NCBI GenBank assembly: GCA_037447605.1
Contig: CM074804.1
Span: forward strand, 5,619,909 to 5,683,908
From: Zygnema circumcarinatum SAG 698-1b
Taxonomy: Eukaryota; Plantae; Zygnematophyceae
DNA length: 64,000 nt
Direction: 5' to 3'
In this document: positions 12,164-24,700 of the stretch, piece after piece
Position numbering within the stretch: the stretch's first letter is position 1
Layout: every line of letters begins with the position of its first letter
The notes under the pieces: model-generated
The model's input: the letters and a program-made list of their open reading frames with translations, nothing else
The model's database searches: none
Told to the model about the DNA's origin: nothing
Made by a program: the position numbers and the translations under genes

Positions 12164-12390
12164 TCCGTCGCGCTGCCGAGCCGCTTCGATCCGTCACCGT
12201 TCCGTTTCGTTCCATTCTGACTCGTCTCGTCTTGGTTCCGTGCAGTTCCAGTTCGGTTATGTACGGCTCGCGGGCAGTTTGCTGGTCCGTACGGCCCGGC
12301 CGGCGCCATCCCCACGACCCGAACTGAGAGGCGAACTGCGCCTGCTCCTAAGTGCGCTGTGTGTCGGCCTCGGGGGTGGAAGCGGGGCTA

Positions 12391-14252
12391 ATGGCGGCCA
12401 TGGCGGGATGCTCTGCGCTTGGCTGCGGCGCTGCAGGGGTCGCGGCGGGGCCTCTGCAGACGGTACGTGGGGGAGGGTGCCCTGCTGCGGCGTCGGGGAG
12501 GGTGAGGGTAGAGAGGGAGTTTGGGAGGTTGTCGCAGAAGCTGGATGCAAGGGCTGGACGGAAGACTGCGAGGCGGAGTTTCTTTTGCTCAGCTTCTTTT
12601 CAACCAAACTCTGGAGGTGAGATAAATTTACAGCCTCAACGTGTGAGTTTGTGTTTGTGTGCATTCTGTTGTCGGTAGGTTATTGCACATGTACGTGCAG
12701 GGCACCTTGAGGAAGACGCCTTTCGGACCTTGCCCTCACTTGTAGACACCAACTATTTTTTTCCTCCTCTCTTTCGATTTTGTTCTGATTTGCTGTCCGC
12801 GTGAATTTAAGTTCAGGGTTGATGATGGTTTTTTTCTCTTCTGTTTCTCCGTTTACAGTTCTAACTCCGGAGCTGAAGGAAGCAATTGAGAAATATGTCA
12901 CAACCAACAAGATAGTGCTATTCATGAAGGGAAACAAGATGTTCCCCCAATGTGGCTTTTCCAACACGTGTGTTCAGATTCTGAACACTTTGGAGGTTCC
13001 CTATGAGACAGTGAACATACTAGAAAATGAACAGTTGCGACAAGGAATGAAGGAATATTCAAGCTGGCCCACATTCCCCCAGCTGTATATTGATGGCGAG
13101 TTCTTTGGAGGGTGTGACATTGCAATTGGTGAGTACTTGGGCTTCCTGTTCTCACATATAGTAGTTTTCGAGTTGATATTTTGCACGTGTGTTGGTCGCA
13201 CTATCCCGTAGTGGATACAAAGGCGAGGTACCTCTTTTTGTTAAGTTGTGATGCCAATTTCGAGTAACTTACTTTCCAGCTTTTGTTAAAATCCTAAGAA
13301 CCCATGTTTTCCACACTTTAACTTTGTGTCTGAGAGAGGTCAGCCAGAGCTGCTGTGAAGCCACTGTGTCTATTGTAAACCGGTTGCTTACAGTTATCCG
13401 AGGCTGACCTGTCTATTGAACACGGACGAAAAAGTTTTTTATTTTCTCAAATTTCGTGACCTTTTAGAACAGTACTTTCAACTTGACCCACAGGTGGTAA
13501 TTCAAGCATAATCAGCTACTCGCCTCATGTTATGGGGCTTATCCATTTGATGGAGCGATAGTAGATAATGTTTATCCACGCTGTGATAAATCTAGCCTTT
13601 CCATTTGGCGTGTACGAGCTCCACCAGCTATGCATGCATGAATCAACTGAATGAATAAGTTACTCTCCATATAGCATGCTACAACTCTAGAGACATTTAG
13701 CAGTGTCTTATTCTTTAAGTTTGGGGACCATCTATGGTTGTTTGCCTAAAAGCCGTTTTATATCCCATTCATTTTTCTTTCCAGTGAGTAGCATACTTCC
13801 TCCCTTGTTTTGATGAATGCCTGCATCATCTCGTAGTACGTGCTTGTGCTTGGTTTATATCTGCGGCACCATTCCACTTTTCTCTATTCCTGCGTTGCTT
13901 CCGTTCTGTAATGAAACCTTTGCAGTAAGCATTTTCCCTAGCTCTTCCCGCTTTGAACCCTGCTTTGCTCTAATCTCAATTTCATTGCTGTCGGAGCTAA
14001 CTTCTCCATTGTGTCAGATAGTACCAACATCAGCTTGTCGGAACTCGAAACTTGCGCCTTGCAGTATTTAATATTTACTGAAATTGTGTTGAGCGATCTT
14101 GAAAGAACCAGCCAACATGCAATTAATTACGATGTATCTGGTGAGCTCTAAGCTTATTTTTCTTTGTCTAATGTGTTGAATCCTTCTGTTGTGCAGAAGC
14201 GTTCCAAAGCGGAGAGTTGAAGGAGCTCGCGGAGAAGGCCCTTCTCAGTTAG
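12391..14252 (+). CDS. GRXS14: plastid monothiol CGFS glutaredoxin (GRXS14/CXIP1-like)
   Basis: Exons 12391-12616 (transit peptide), 12859-13128, 14197-14252. Motifs VLFMKG, PQCGFS (CGFS at 12951-12962), [18 protein letters not shown] and C-terminal [10 protein letters not shown]. Confidence 0.95.
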
Positions 14253-14559
14253 CTCCTTGGTTTTTCAGACGAGGCCGTGATTGCTCCAATGTGCAGTTGC
14301 CAAGTCCGAATTTTATTCACCTCCTGGCTTTAGGGGAGGTGTTTTAGAAGCAGGCCTGACCTAAAAAAGTATGCCCTTGTTTTGCCGGTTGTTTAGCCGT
14401 ATGGCTCGCCTACCGCCTCATGCTTGCAGAAAGCTGCACGTGTACTTTCAACATATGTGCGAGTGTGCTCTGTGACAGAAATTTCCAGGTTTTGTGGCCG
14501 GATGAGTGAAAGTCTGAATGGCTCGAGCTGGCCAGGGGCAGGTGCTGATAGCTGTCCTT

Positions 14560-15284
14560 CACAGGTCGGACCATTGGATCGGCAACCATTGGACAACCAT
14601 TGGATGGCAATGGTTGGACGGCTACTGGTTGCCAACCATTGGCATCCACTTGTTCCGAACCAGTCTAACGGTTGTTTCGGTCAGGTGCCAATGGTTCGCA
14701 ACCAATCGAATGCTTGGCAAGCATTGGCATCCATTGGTTTTGAACCATTCGAATGCTTGGCAACCATTGGCAATCCACTGGTTCCGAACCAGTCGAATGG
14801 TTGGCAAGCATTGGTTGTAATGGTTCCAAACCAGTCGAATGGTTGGCAAGCATTGGTTTTAATGGTTCCAAACCAGTCGAATGGTTGCCAACCATTAACA
14901 TCCACTAGATCCGAACCATTTGAATGGTTGTTTCGATAAGGCGCCAATGGTTAGCAACCAATCGACTGGTTAGACGTCCAACCATTGCCATCCGATGGTT
15001 TTCCAATGGTTGGACGTCTAATGGTTGGCAACCATTAGCATCCATTGGTTTTGAACCATTTGAATGGCTGTTTCGATCCGACGCCAATGGCAACCAGTCG
15101 GATGGTTGGCAAGGTTGGCATGGTTGGTTCACGTTGGCAAGCATTGGTAGCCACTGGTTTTGGACCATTTGACTGGTTGCCAACCATTGCCATCCTCTGG
15201 TTCCGAACCATTCGAATGGTTGTTTCGATCAGGCGCCAATGGTTGGCAACCAATCGAATGGTTGGTCTAATGTTCCGACATGTG
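14560..15284. mobile_element. non-autonomous DNA transposon (MITE-like) with CACAG termini and palindromic interior
   Basis: 18-bp TIR pair 15/18 identical (14560-14577 vs 15267-15284). Flanking 8-mers CTGTCCTT / CTGCCCCT are 6/8 identical (both differences are transitions). No coding capacity beyond repeat-derived ORFs. Confidence 0.8.
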
Positions 15285-15289
15285 CTGCC

Positions 15290-15323
15290 CCTCACAGACA
15301 ATGGGGCCTCACAGACAATGGGG
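15290..15323. repeat. 17-bp perfect tandem duplication CCTCACAGACAATGGGG x2
   Basis: Directly visible, abutting the right flank of the element. Confidence 0.9.
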
Positions 15324-15586
15324 CGAGGCCATGAGGCGAGGCACTCCCTCAGCCAGTTGTCCGCTTCGCTCTCTCACATACATGCATACCCGCAATGACC
15401 ATTCTTGCCAGAGACATCTTTCTCACGTTGGCAGCTCCATCCGAACAGCAGCCACCAGTCCACAACAGTTGGCGTACAGGCAGTCCAAAAGCAAGCCACG
15501 CCTAATGTGAGGCGCGTATCAAGTAGCAAACCAAAGCCAAATCGGAAGGCTTGAGAAGGCGGATATACAGCATTGCTTTATTCCCA

Positions 15587-15633
15587 GCGAATGACCTGTC
15601 TGGGGCGAATGACCTGTCTGGGCCGAATGACCT
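15587..15633. repeat. 18-bp tandem repeat GCGAATGACCTGTCTGGG x2.6
   Basis: Directly visible. Confidence 0.9.
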
Positions 15634-15745
15634 AATGGGAAGGTTTGGTTTGGACAGGGAGAGCGTGACACAGTGCCAGCAAATGCTAACGTAGCCATCT
15701 GTTAATCAAAAAGTTTTTTTTACAGCTGCCCCATCCCGCTCCCTC

Positions 15746-18700
15746 CTATTCATTTTTCTTGTCTTTCAAGCGTTTGCTCCTTGCGAGCTCTCGACTTCTC
15801 CTGGGAGAACGAACCTTCACCGGGAACAGCCAACGGAGAAAGTGCTCCCACCCGTAGCAGGAAGCCATCATGACCCCCGCCATTCCAAGCAGCTTCACAC
15901 CAAATGGTTGCGGTAGTGGTACCAACTTCATCATGTCGTTCAGCTCTCTGAATGTGTCTGATGTGAGCACTGTGAAGAACACTGCTGCCGAAGTAAGAGC
16001 GTAGTAGAAGGGGCGGTTTTCCCTTATGCTTTGGTTGAAGGGGTGGCCGATGTAGTTCACCGCAAATGTCGCCACTTGAATCATCATGTTACACATGTAC
16101 GACACCGTGTTCACCAGGTTCTCATGAAACGGGGAGTCGGGCTCTATGCACTCCTCCGGCATGAAGGCCTTCGCCCCCTCAACTGCAGTTGCCAGGAAGG
16201 TAAGGTGGATGGCGAATTGGCCTAGGATGGACAAAATGACGTACCAGTTGATGATATCTGGGTGAGGACGTTGAGGAGAGAGCGCATTCAAAGGCTTCGC
16301 ATGGGAAATGAAGAGGAAAAAGGCCGCCGTAAAAACCCCGCTAATGGTCGCCTGAGTGTCTCCCAACTTAACCCCATCCAAATGCATGACGCTGAGAACA
16401 TAAGCTGTGGCGAGGCAGTTCAGCCCGAGGATTTTGAACATCTGGAGTGTCGTAACAAGGGTAGAACGGCCCTGCCGAATGATATCCGTAGTTGGTCTGA
16501 CCGAGGCGTGTTTAGCTGTGAATGGCGAAGCCATGGATGCATCTCCCAATTTCACCATGGGTGCCCTTCCATCACCCTGCTCCTCCATCTCTTTGACCAT
16601 CTGCCTCAGTTTCTCTTGTTGCTCTCTCAGTCGCTTTTGTTGTAACTCTCTCGCACTGAGCCGCAACGGAGGCTCTGTCTGAATGGGGCTGCCTCCATCG
16701 TGGTGCTGCACAGCACCCGCTGTGACGGAGCGGCTCGCAGAGCCTCGTGCTGCACGGGAGACGACTGAGCCCGGACCATTTGACTGAGTTGCGGATGCCA
16801 AGCCAATCCCGGCTTGGCCAGCTGGACGGCGCACATTGCGGCCCCTTGTTCCTGTGGAAGTGCAGTGGACAGGTCTTAGTTTCCAAGCAGGGTCACTTGC
16901 TGCACATTTGGAGACTGGACAAGGGAAAGTATTTCTGATAACTGCCTGATAGATATGAGTCGTTGACTTGAAGATCATCAAAACTGTGCCTTCTAAGAGA
17001 GACATTTAGGGCCAGTACAAACGTTCCCGTGTCGGAACACAAGTTTGCATTCCTTTCCATTGTCCCCCTGATTGCTGAAAACTCTAATGAGTGCGAGTCA
17101 TCGCTATCACAGCAGATTTTACTCCAGAGAACATACCGCCCACAGCAAGCACAAAACTTTTTGAGAAAATGCTCAGTGAAGCTCACCTCCTTGACTGTCT
17201 GCACTTGATTCCAAGACGGCAGCGCTGCCTATTGCTGCTGAGTCGCCAGGCGACCCTGATACGGCAGAAGTGCTGCCAGCAGGAGGCTTTGGGGCCACTG
17301 CGTTCAGCAATGCTACACCAACGTGTGCCTGCCACCCAGAGAATCACAATGGAGCAAGTAAAACAACTTTATCAGTAGTGGCAGCAGCACCGAAGAGAAG
17401 TAGAGAAGTACTCACTCGATGTAGTGGTCAAACCTGGTAAAGACATTCTATCATCCTAGAAGCTTAAAAATGAGTGCTGTTCCGGGGAGCCTGGAACCTG
17501 CGCAATTAAATGGCTTTGGATCATTACACAGGAAACTTTACAAAGGATGACCTACAAATTCGCCTTTCCTCTCTCCACTCATTCCCTCTCTTTTACTCCT
17601 CTCTTTCCTCATGGCACCTGCTTAAGAGCTCCAACATCATTGGTACCATCCCCGCACATGAGAGTGGTCCCTCCAACAGCGCGCAAAGTCGTCATAATGA
17701 GTTCTTTTTGATCGGGGGAGACCCTTGCAAACACCTGCACTCAAGAAGTGGGAAAAATTTCAGAGAGATAGACACGCGTGATGTTTCCAGGAAGAAACCA
17801 AGCGGCACTGACAACATGTTTAGCCAAGAGTTCAAAGTGAAAGCCAAGACTAAGCCGAGCTCGCGGAGGCTTGTTTAGGACAGTCAGTCAGTCATGTCAG
17901 TCGCAAGTCCTCATAGCAAATTAAAAAGGGACACTGCATGTCTGCCGAGATTTCCCCCCAGAGATGCCAAAAGTGACCACAACAGAACCAGCCTTCCAGC
18001 TTCCCCTTTCCCAAAACGTTCCCAAAAAAAAAAAGCCCACCTGCACAAACGGCACAACGAGATTGAGTGCCCCTGAGCGCTGCAGCATTGTGACCCCGTC
18101 CCCCCCCAGGCACAAGTCGTACTCTGCCGCAATCTCGTCAATGGCCTCCTCACTGCACCCAAACAATACAGCAAACCGTCTTTTGTTCAAAAGCTATACC
18201 GGTTGGAGGAGGCAGGGACTTCGCAAAGCATGACTTCTGCCCTGACAACTCGAACTCGTGAAACTCCATCAGCAACATGCTACAGCTGGATAGCGAAGAA
18301 TTCATCAAAAGGAGAAAAAAATGGTACACTAGACTGCAAAATGAATTGTCTGGCATGCACATGTATGCAGATATGAATTTTGTTCGCAAGCTGCTCATGT
18401 CAAGGAATTTGCTCCAAAATTTGAGGGCAATAGGGGAGACGGAGGCAAAGGTCTAGATGAAAGGCAAATCTATGAAAGGCAAAGTATATACCTATACGTA
18501 ATTTTCGTTAATTCATCAGGAGATACCCAGTCGAATCCTGTCCCAGCATGTTGTGGAGTGAGAATAAGCACCGGTCGCGAAATGATGTGCACTTGTGCCG
18601 CCACATGGCATGCAGTCAGAGCCTGGTCGCCAGTGATCATCACCTGTGAGTTATAGAGACAACGAAAAAAAAGCAGATCAAGCACTACAATGAATACGGC

Positions 18701-21700
18701 ATGCAGAAATAGTCGCTTTCGACTGCACAACTTATTGCAAGAGGAGGAGAAAAAGACTACAAATTGGCAATCAAGGGACAGGGCGTTCGCAAACCTCCAC
18801 CTTTTGCACGGATGGCCACCAGAGATAAGCAGAAAGTAAATCAGGCGGCGGCTCCAAGGTTATCAGAACATTCAAAAGGTGAAGGTACAAAAAACCAGAA
18901 GCGAACATAAGCTATTGCTTACCAGGTCGTGAGACGAATTCTTCAGATCCAACAAAACTTCTGCTGAGTCGATTCTCATGGGACATGCAAAGACCTGCCA
19001 CGCCAAACCAGAATGCACATCCAACCCCTCTCCTTATGCTCCACTAAGAATCCACAAAACAACCCCGGCGCAGACAGATTGGAAGGCCAACAAAATAACT
19101 CCCTGTGAGAGTGGAAAGACGAATGTGGAAGTTTCCACCTGCAAAAAGAAAGCTAAGAAGAAGCAGACACTCACTGCGAAGCCTGCAAAGATGAGGCCCG
19201 TCTCCACTTCATCGCGATGCAAACTACGCACTTCTGATACCTGCAAGGCCCTCGTCCATCGAGCAGCCCACTCATTAGCATTGTAGCGCCAATTCCATAA
19301 GACTGACCACATGAATAGTAGAATCCTGGGTCTTGCTTTGGACAACTTGAGCAACTTGCAATGTCTGATATTTAAGTAGTCTCGCCATATTTCTTCGTGA
19401 GATTGGCATAGCATCTATCGCCAAAAGAAACGGTTGGCTGAAAAGCAAGACACGATGTTTCTTGATGCAAGGAGCTGCTCAATTATACGGTGATGACAGA
19501 CATACTAGCTACAATACAAGCCTTTCCAAAGCTCTCCAAAAACTCCGTCATAATCATTATTGCAAGCCACGGTCCAATGCAAAGCAATAATAACAAATAT
19601 CCAAAATAAAACGTCAAGCACCAGATGCCTTCTTAGTCTGGGTCGAGAAACTGTCTGCTTTCTTCAATACAGTGGCTCATTGGTACGCCTATAGGGCTCA
19701 GCCCCTTGGGTCACAAGAGCAGTCTATAAAAAAGGAAGACAGGCCTTACAGGGAGATCGGGCAATATCTTGTATGCAAGCGCAAGAACCCGCGAACCCTG
19801 CCGACTGTATCGCTTGTACGATTCTTCATAACCAGCGGGTACCACTGTCAGCCGTTCTTGAATAGTTTCTGGGGCTCCCTGCATTGCCGAAAACAAAGTC
19901 AGCTACTTGATCATTTCAATATACAGCTCCTCTTCAAGTCACTCGACTATTGTGTTCCACCATGCAATTTCCAATAACATTACACGAAAGCCCTGAAACA
20001 CAGAGATGCAGAGATAAGCAACATAGCTTACTTTGACAAGCACAGTAAAGCTTGATTCATCCTCCAACCTTACTACAACAGCCATTCGCTTCAAATGTGA
20101 AGCAAAATGATGGCGTTGAAGTATTTGCGCACAGCGATATGGACCCCTGCTTCCACAATACTTTCCAGAACATCAGATAGTGCTTGAAAAGAAAATTTGA
20201 CTGAGTTAAATGCTATTGACGCTAGACAGGGACGGCTATCAGGACAAAATACGATACAAAGTAAGTCCATTCAAAGTGAAAAAACCAAATAACAAATTTT
20301 CAGTTGCAAACATCAGATGTCGTCAGCAGGTCAATAGCAGAAAAGAGCAGAAAGCCCGCTTGCTGATGAAACCTTTCCTGACAGAGCAGTGTTCGGAGCA
20401 CCATAATGAAGAACAAGATCATGACCTCAGCCAGAAACATGCTTTGGCCCTTGCGTTCAACTCCTTGGCTCCCATGTAAGGACTAAACAGAACATATAAA
20501 GCATGCAATTTCACTCAATCACTGTTTGAAAAAGTGCCCGAATCGATAATAAAAGATAACAGAACAACACTATTGAAAAATCAGCGCATATTGCTGACTC
20601 TTCTGATTCCATGCCAAACGCATTTCGTCGTAAAGCCAAAGTAATCCAGGATCAAGCACAGTCGATGCATTTACAGATCACTCAGCCAAAAAGAAACAAC
20701 CTCAATGGTTCAGTCCCAATAACTGCACATGGATGAAGAATAAATGATCGGAGAAAAGAGTTAAGTTACGGTACATGTATGTATGACGTGTATGTTGAAT
20801 CCAACTATAACTAAACCCTTTTCTAATGTGGCAGAGATATCTGGAACTAAGCTGATTGCTAGGAACACCTCCTCCAGGGAAAGGGTTTCTTAAGAGCATG
20901 GGTAAAGTGTGTGCGGCTGTCTGGGGTCAGCTCGCATAGTCCTTTCAAGATGCGTATCCTTTTCAGGTGACACCTTGAAGGAGCGGAGCGGACCAATTTG
21001 ACCGCAAATCTCTATATGCAAGTTCTTCCATTCGACTACTCAAAATGAGCAGGCAAGTACAGAGGACATGCAAATTTTCAATACAAAGAGAAGTTCTGTA
21101 GTTTTTGCCCGTGAATCTTTCACATAAAAGTTGACGTGCAAATGCTTGGGTCAAAGGGGTCGTCGAGCACAGCCCCTCCATGTTAAGCTACGTTATGAAG
21201 TCAACATTTCTGGTGAGTTTTCTGGGCTCAGTCTCAAGGCAAGCTCACTGTTCCCACATTTTCAATAAATTCCAGCTCATTGGTGGGGTTGAACGGTAAG
21301 AAGTTATTACCTGAATCACGTCCACGACGCGATTTTTTCCCAGCCCACAACACAATCAAAGCACAGTCCCGTGTCAGAAACCTCAGCACCAAAAAACATA
21401 AACACTTGAGCAAGCAATTGATGTTAGCCGATTCCTCGGGCCAAACAGTCACTTAAAACGACAAATGCATGAATAGATTCTCGACAAAAAGCACAAGCAT
21501 CCTGGCCTTTGATTACTCCGTCAAAGGAATTTTGTCCTTCAAGCATGTCCCAGAAGACAGGTCAACACAAGCACATGGTCAGGTGCCAGCATTGGTTATA
21601 AGGCTGGTTGTTCGTTCCCTTATAAAGGGAGGGAGAAGCACTCGCTCTATGCTTCCTCCGACACCTCCGTTGCACAGACAGCAAAGGAGTAACGCCTAGG

Positions 21701-24700
21701 AAGAAGCACATTCATAAAAATGAGACGGAGGATGGAAAGCAAACAGTGCTCACTTTCGTGAAATGGCCTTCTCCTCCGCTGTGAAGGACCAGTCGACGCC
21801 AGCCAATGCTGCTTTCTCCAAAGGATCACCCACCTGCACTTTAAAGTGGAAAGTGTGTGCCATCAAGCTGAGATATTTCCCACCATCTGCACATGCCACT
21901 GCTTAACTATATAACATATGCAAGTGAAGATGGAGGACAGTTCAGGAAAGACCGACAAGCACCAACATGCTGCTTGCCATTCAGGTTTGACCACAACTTT
22001 CAAGAACCAGAACAGCGTCCCAGTTTGCTTTTAATACATCATGAATGCGGCGCAGCATGCATCGAACCGCGATAAATATGCAAGTAACAGCAACAATGAA
22101 ACGTACCAATTTATTGTCAACAAAGACTAGTGCATGACATGTTGCCAGTGCCAGCACCGTCTGCAGGGGCAACTTCTCTGAGTCCGTAATAAGCTGTGGA
22201 TCGTCGTCCAATCCCCCAATTCCATTGAATTCCTGACACCATCATATGACCCAGAAACAAAATTACTTACAATGTAAGCTGCAAGCCTTTCTTAGAGCAC
22301 GACATGTTTACGATGATCCCACCAAATGGGGATTCTGGGAGCTCCAGGAGCTTTGGTTAGTACATAACAGACTGTCAGAGTCAGAGGCTTATAACTTGTG
22401 ACATGTACAGGATTGAAAGTCGACAGGCCCTACAGCAGTCCCTACGAGGGTATCTTAGAATAAGGAAGTATGGAAGATTTTTAAGTGTTAACCCAAGCAC
22501 ATATAGGAGGAGCGAGGATCTACAATTTATTGCAGAGATGACTTACCATGTCGTCGCTGGTGAGAGTGCCTGTCTTGTCAAAGCAGCAAACATCAACCTA
22601 CAAGAGTCACCCCCAACAGTCACAAGAGTTACAAACGAGCTTACCGGTGCCCAACGAGCCAGTGATAACATTTGGTACGACAGGATTGAAAGCCTGTCTC
22701 GCTCACATGCCCGGATATATTTCTAGGGAATGTGAGAAACATAAAAACCATACACTGAACATACTTTGCCCCCAAATGGAATACGAAAGGGCTCGGTGCA
22801 GTAGATGCCCCGGCGGATAAGGGCAATGAGAGATGTATTCACTGCAATGGAAAGCTCCATTGGCAGCTCCGGTGGAATAACAGAGGTGATGATAAGCGAG
22901 CAATTGAGGAAGAGCTTGTAGCGGCTGGCATTGGGATTTTCAAGTCCCTGCAAGACCAGAGCATTGGAAACCATCGCGATTTATACGCCAAAGAATAAAG
23001 TTCAACAAGAAATGAAGAAGCTCGTCGTTGCTATCGCGACAGTAAGATAGTGATGTTGGAAAGGTCATTAGAACTATTCTCATGACCATGGACCATCATA
23101 TACGGAGACCCGCAAAATCCTACATACCAACAAGACCCAAGCAAATGAAACTATTACTATTAAAGACTATTATTCTACCTGCAGTGTTCAGGACCTGAAT
23201 TGACTGAAAATAGCCTGATAAGCATCCGTAGTGGACTGTTAGAACAAGTGAATTAGAGCCAAACACAGACGGGCTAGTTACTATGCCGACGTCCTCATGA
23301 ACAGAGGGTGGCAACAATAAGCCCCTGCCAAGACATGAAGCCCACACCATATGCAACACAGTTTGCCTGTCACAGCTAAGCACACAAAAATATGACACCA
23401 GTTTACAAGTGTAGAGGCTGTTCAAAAAAAAGCATCACGACATATGAGCCCCATGAACCACTATGCGGAGGATTTTGTCTTCCTACCAAGGACAAAAAAT
23501 GCTTGCCTTCAGAAGTACATATCCCGCAGCGATAAGAGCAAAGAAGACGAGAAAGAGGATAAAGAGTCCACTCTCCCAGTTGTTCGCTGTCACCTGCAAA
23601 AGAAAAAGACTTCTTGTTGAGAGAGCAATATCGTACGCTAAAATCCTAAGACTAACTTTTTTCTAACGCCAAATTACTTAGTGATGACTGTGCTATTTTG
23701 AAGTTTGCAAACAAACTTAAAGACCTGATATGCAACAAGTTTCCTCAAACCGCCCAAATAAATTTCCAGAGGGCACACATTAAATACTAGTATGAGAAAA
23801 GTCATCACAAGAAGAGCACAACAACAAAAACTTGCTTTCCGGAGACAATGATGCACTTGAGCATGACGCCTCCAACCTGTGATGCTGACATGTGCTAGCT
23901 TGAATGTGCTATCAACCTCAGTCCTACATCACACTCACCCGCTCTGTGGAAAATAAGATTGTGCGCATGAGTTTCCCTTGAGTGGTGTCGAATCCCGTGC
24001 GCAGGATCACAGCCAAACAGCCGCCATCAGGAGTTTTCATCACCGCAGACTGCAAGGAAAAGAAACTTTGATAAGCCTTTTGTAACAAGGGAATGAACGA
24101 TGGGACCAGAATGATGAAAGGGGAATGTCTCAGCAGATGTGCACATCACACAGGAGCGAATACTCATTCCACATAAGTACAGGCATGATTTGGCATGCCA
24201 CATTCCACATAAGTACAGGCATGATTTGGCATGCCAGTAATGGAATAAATAACTACTTCAGGAAATTAAGTAAAACGCTGTAAATAAACTGCAACTGGAG
24301 ACTATTGATAACCAAGCCTCCTCCGCTAGAATACAGACTTAAGTGACTACTACTTGAGAGTATGTGATTATAATGTAACCACCTGATACAAACAACACCG
24401 ACCACAATAACAAAGATTGACATGCACCTACTGCCCTCTATAAAACAGTTAAAATTTCGCCCGCAAGCGCTCCATTTAATGTTCTGTGAACTTGTGTCGG
24501 CTTACCTTATCAGGAGTATGCTGCAAAATTTTTGTGCCGCCAAAAAGAATATGTGCTTTGTCCCTCCTTATCGACAAGTGCTCCTTCAAATCTCTGCTGA
24601 CTATCGGCCCCTGTAGAATCAAAAGAAAACATGAGAAGATATCCAAGAGAATTGAGGTTTTTGGCTCTGTAAGTTGACCCGATGTTGGGAATAAAAAATG

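Noticed and set aside
14780-14900. Regularly spaced palindromic repeats suggestive of a CRISPR array
   Set aside because: No unique spacers, no cas genes, eukaryotic context, and the repeats are bounded by TIRs.
14410-15398. Numerous overlapping ORFs rich in NHW/QWL/NGW on both strands (also ~12.0 kb and 62.8-63.6 kb)
   Set aside because: Translation artefacts of the palindromic AACCATTGG repeat; no transposase motifs.
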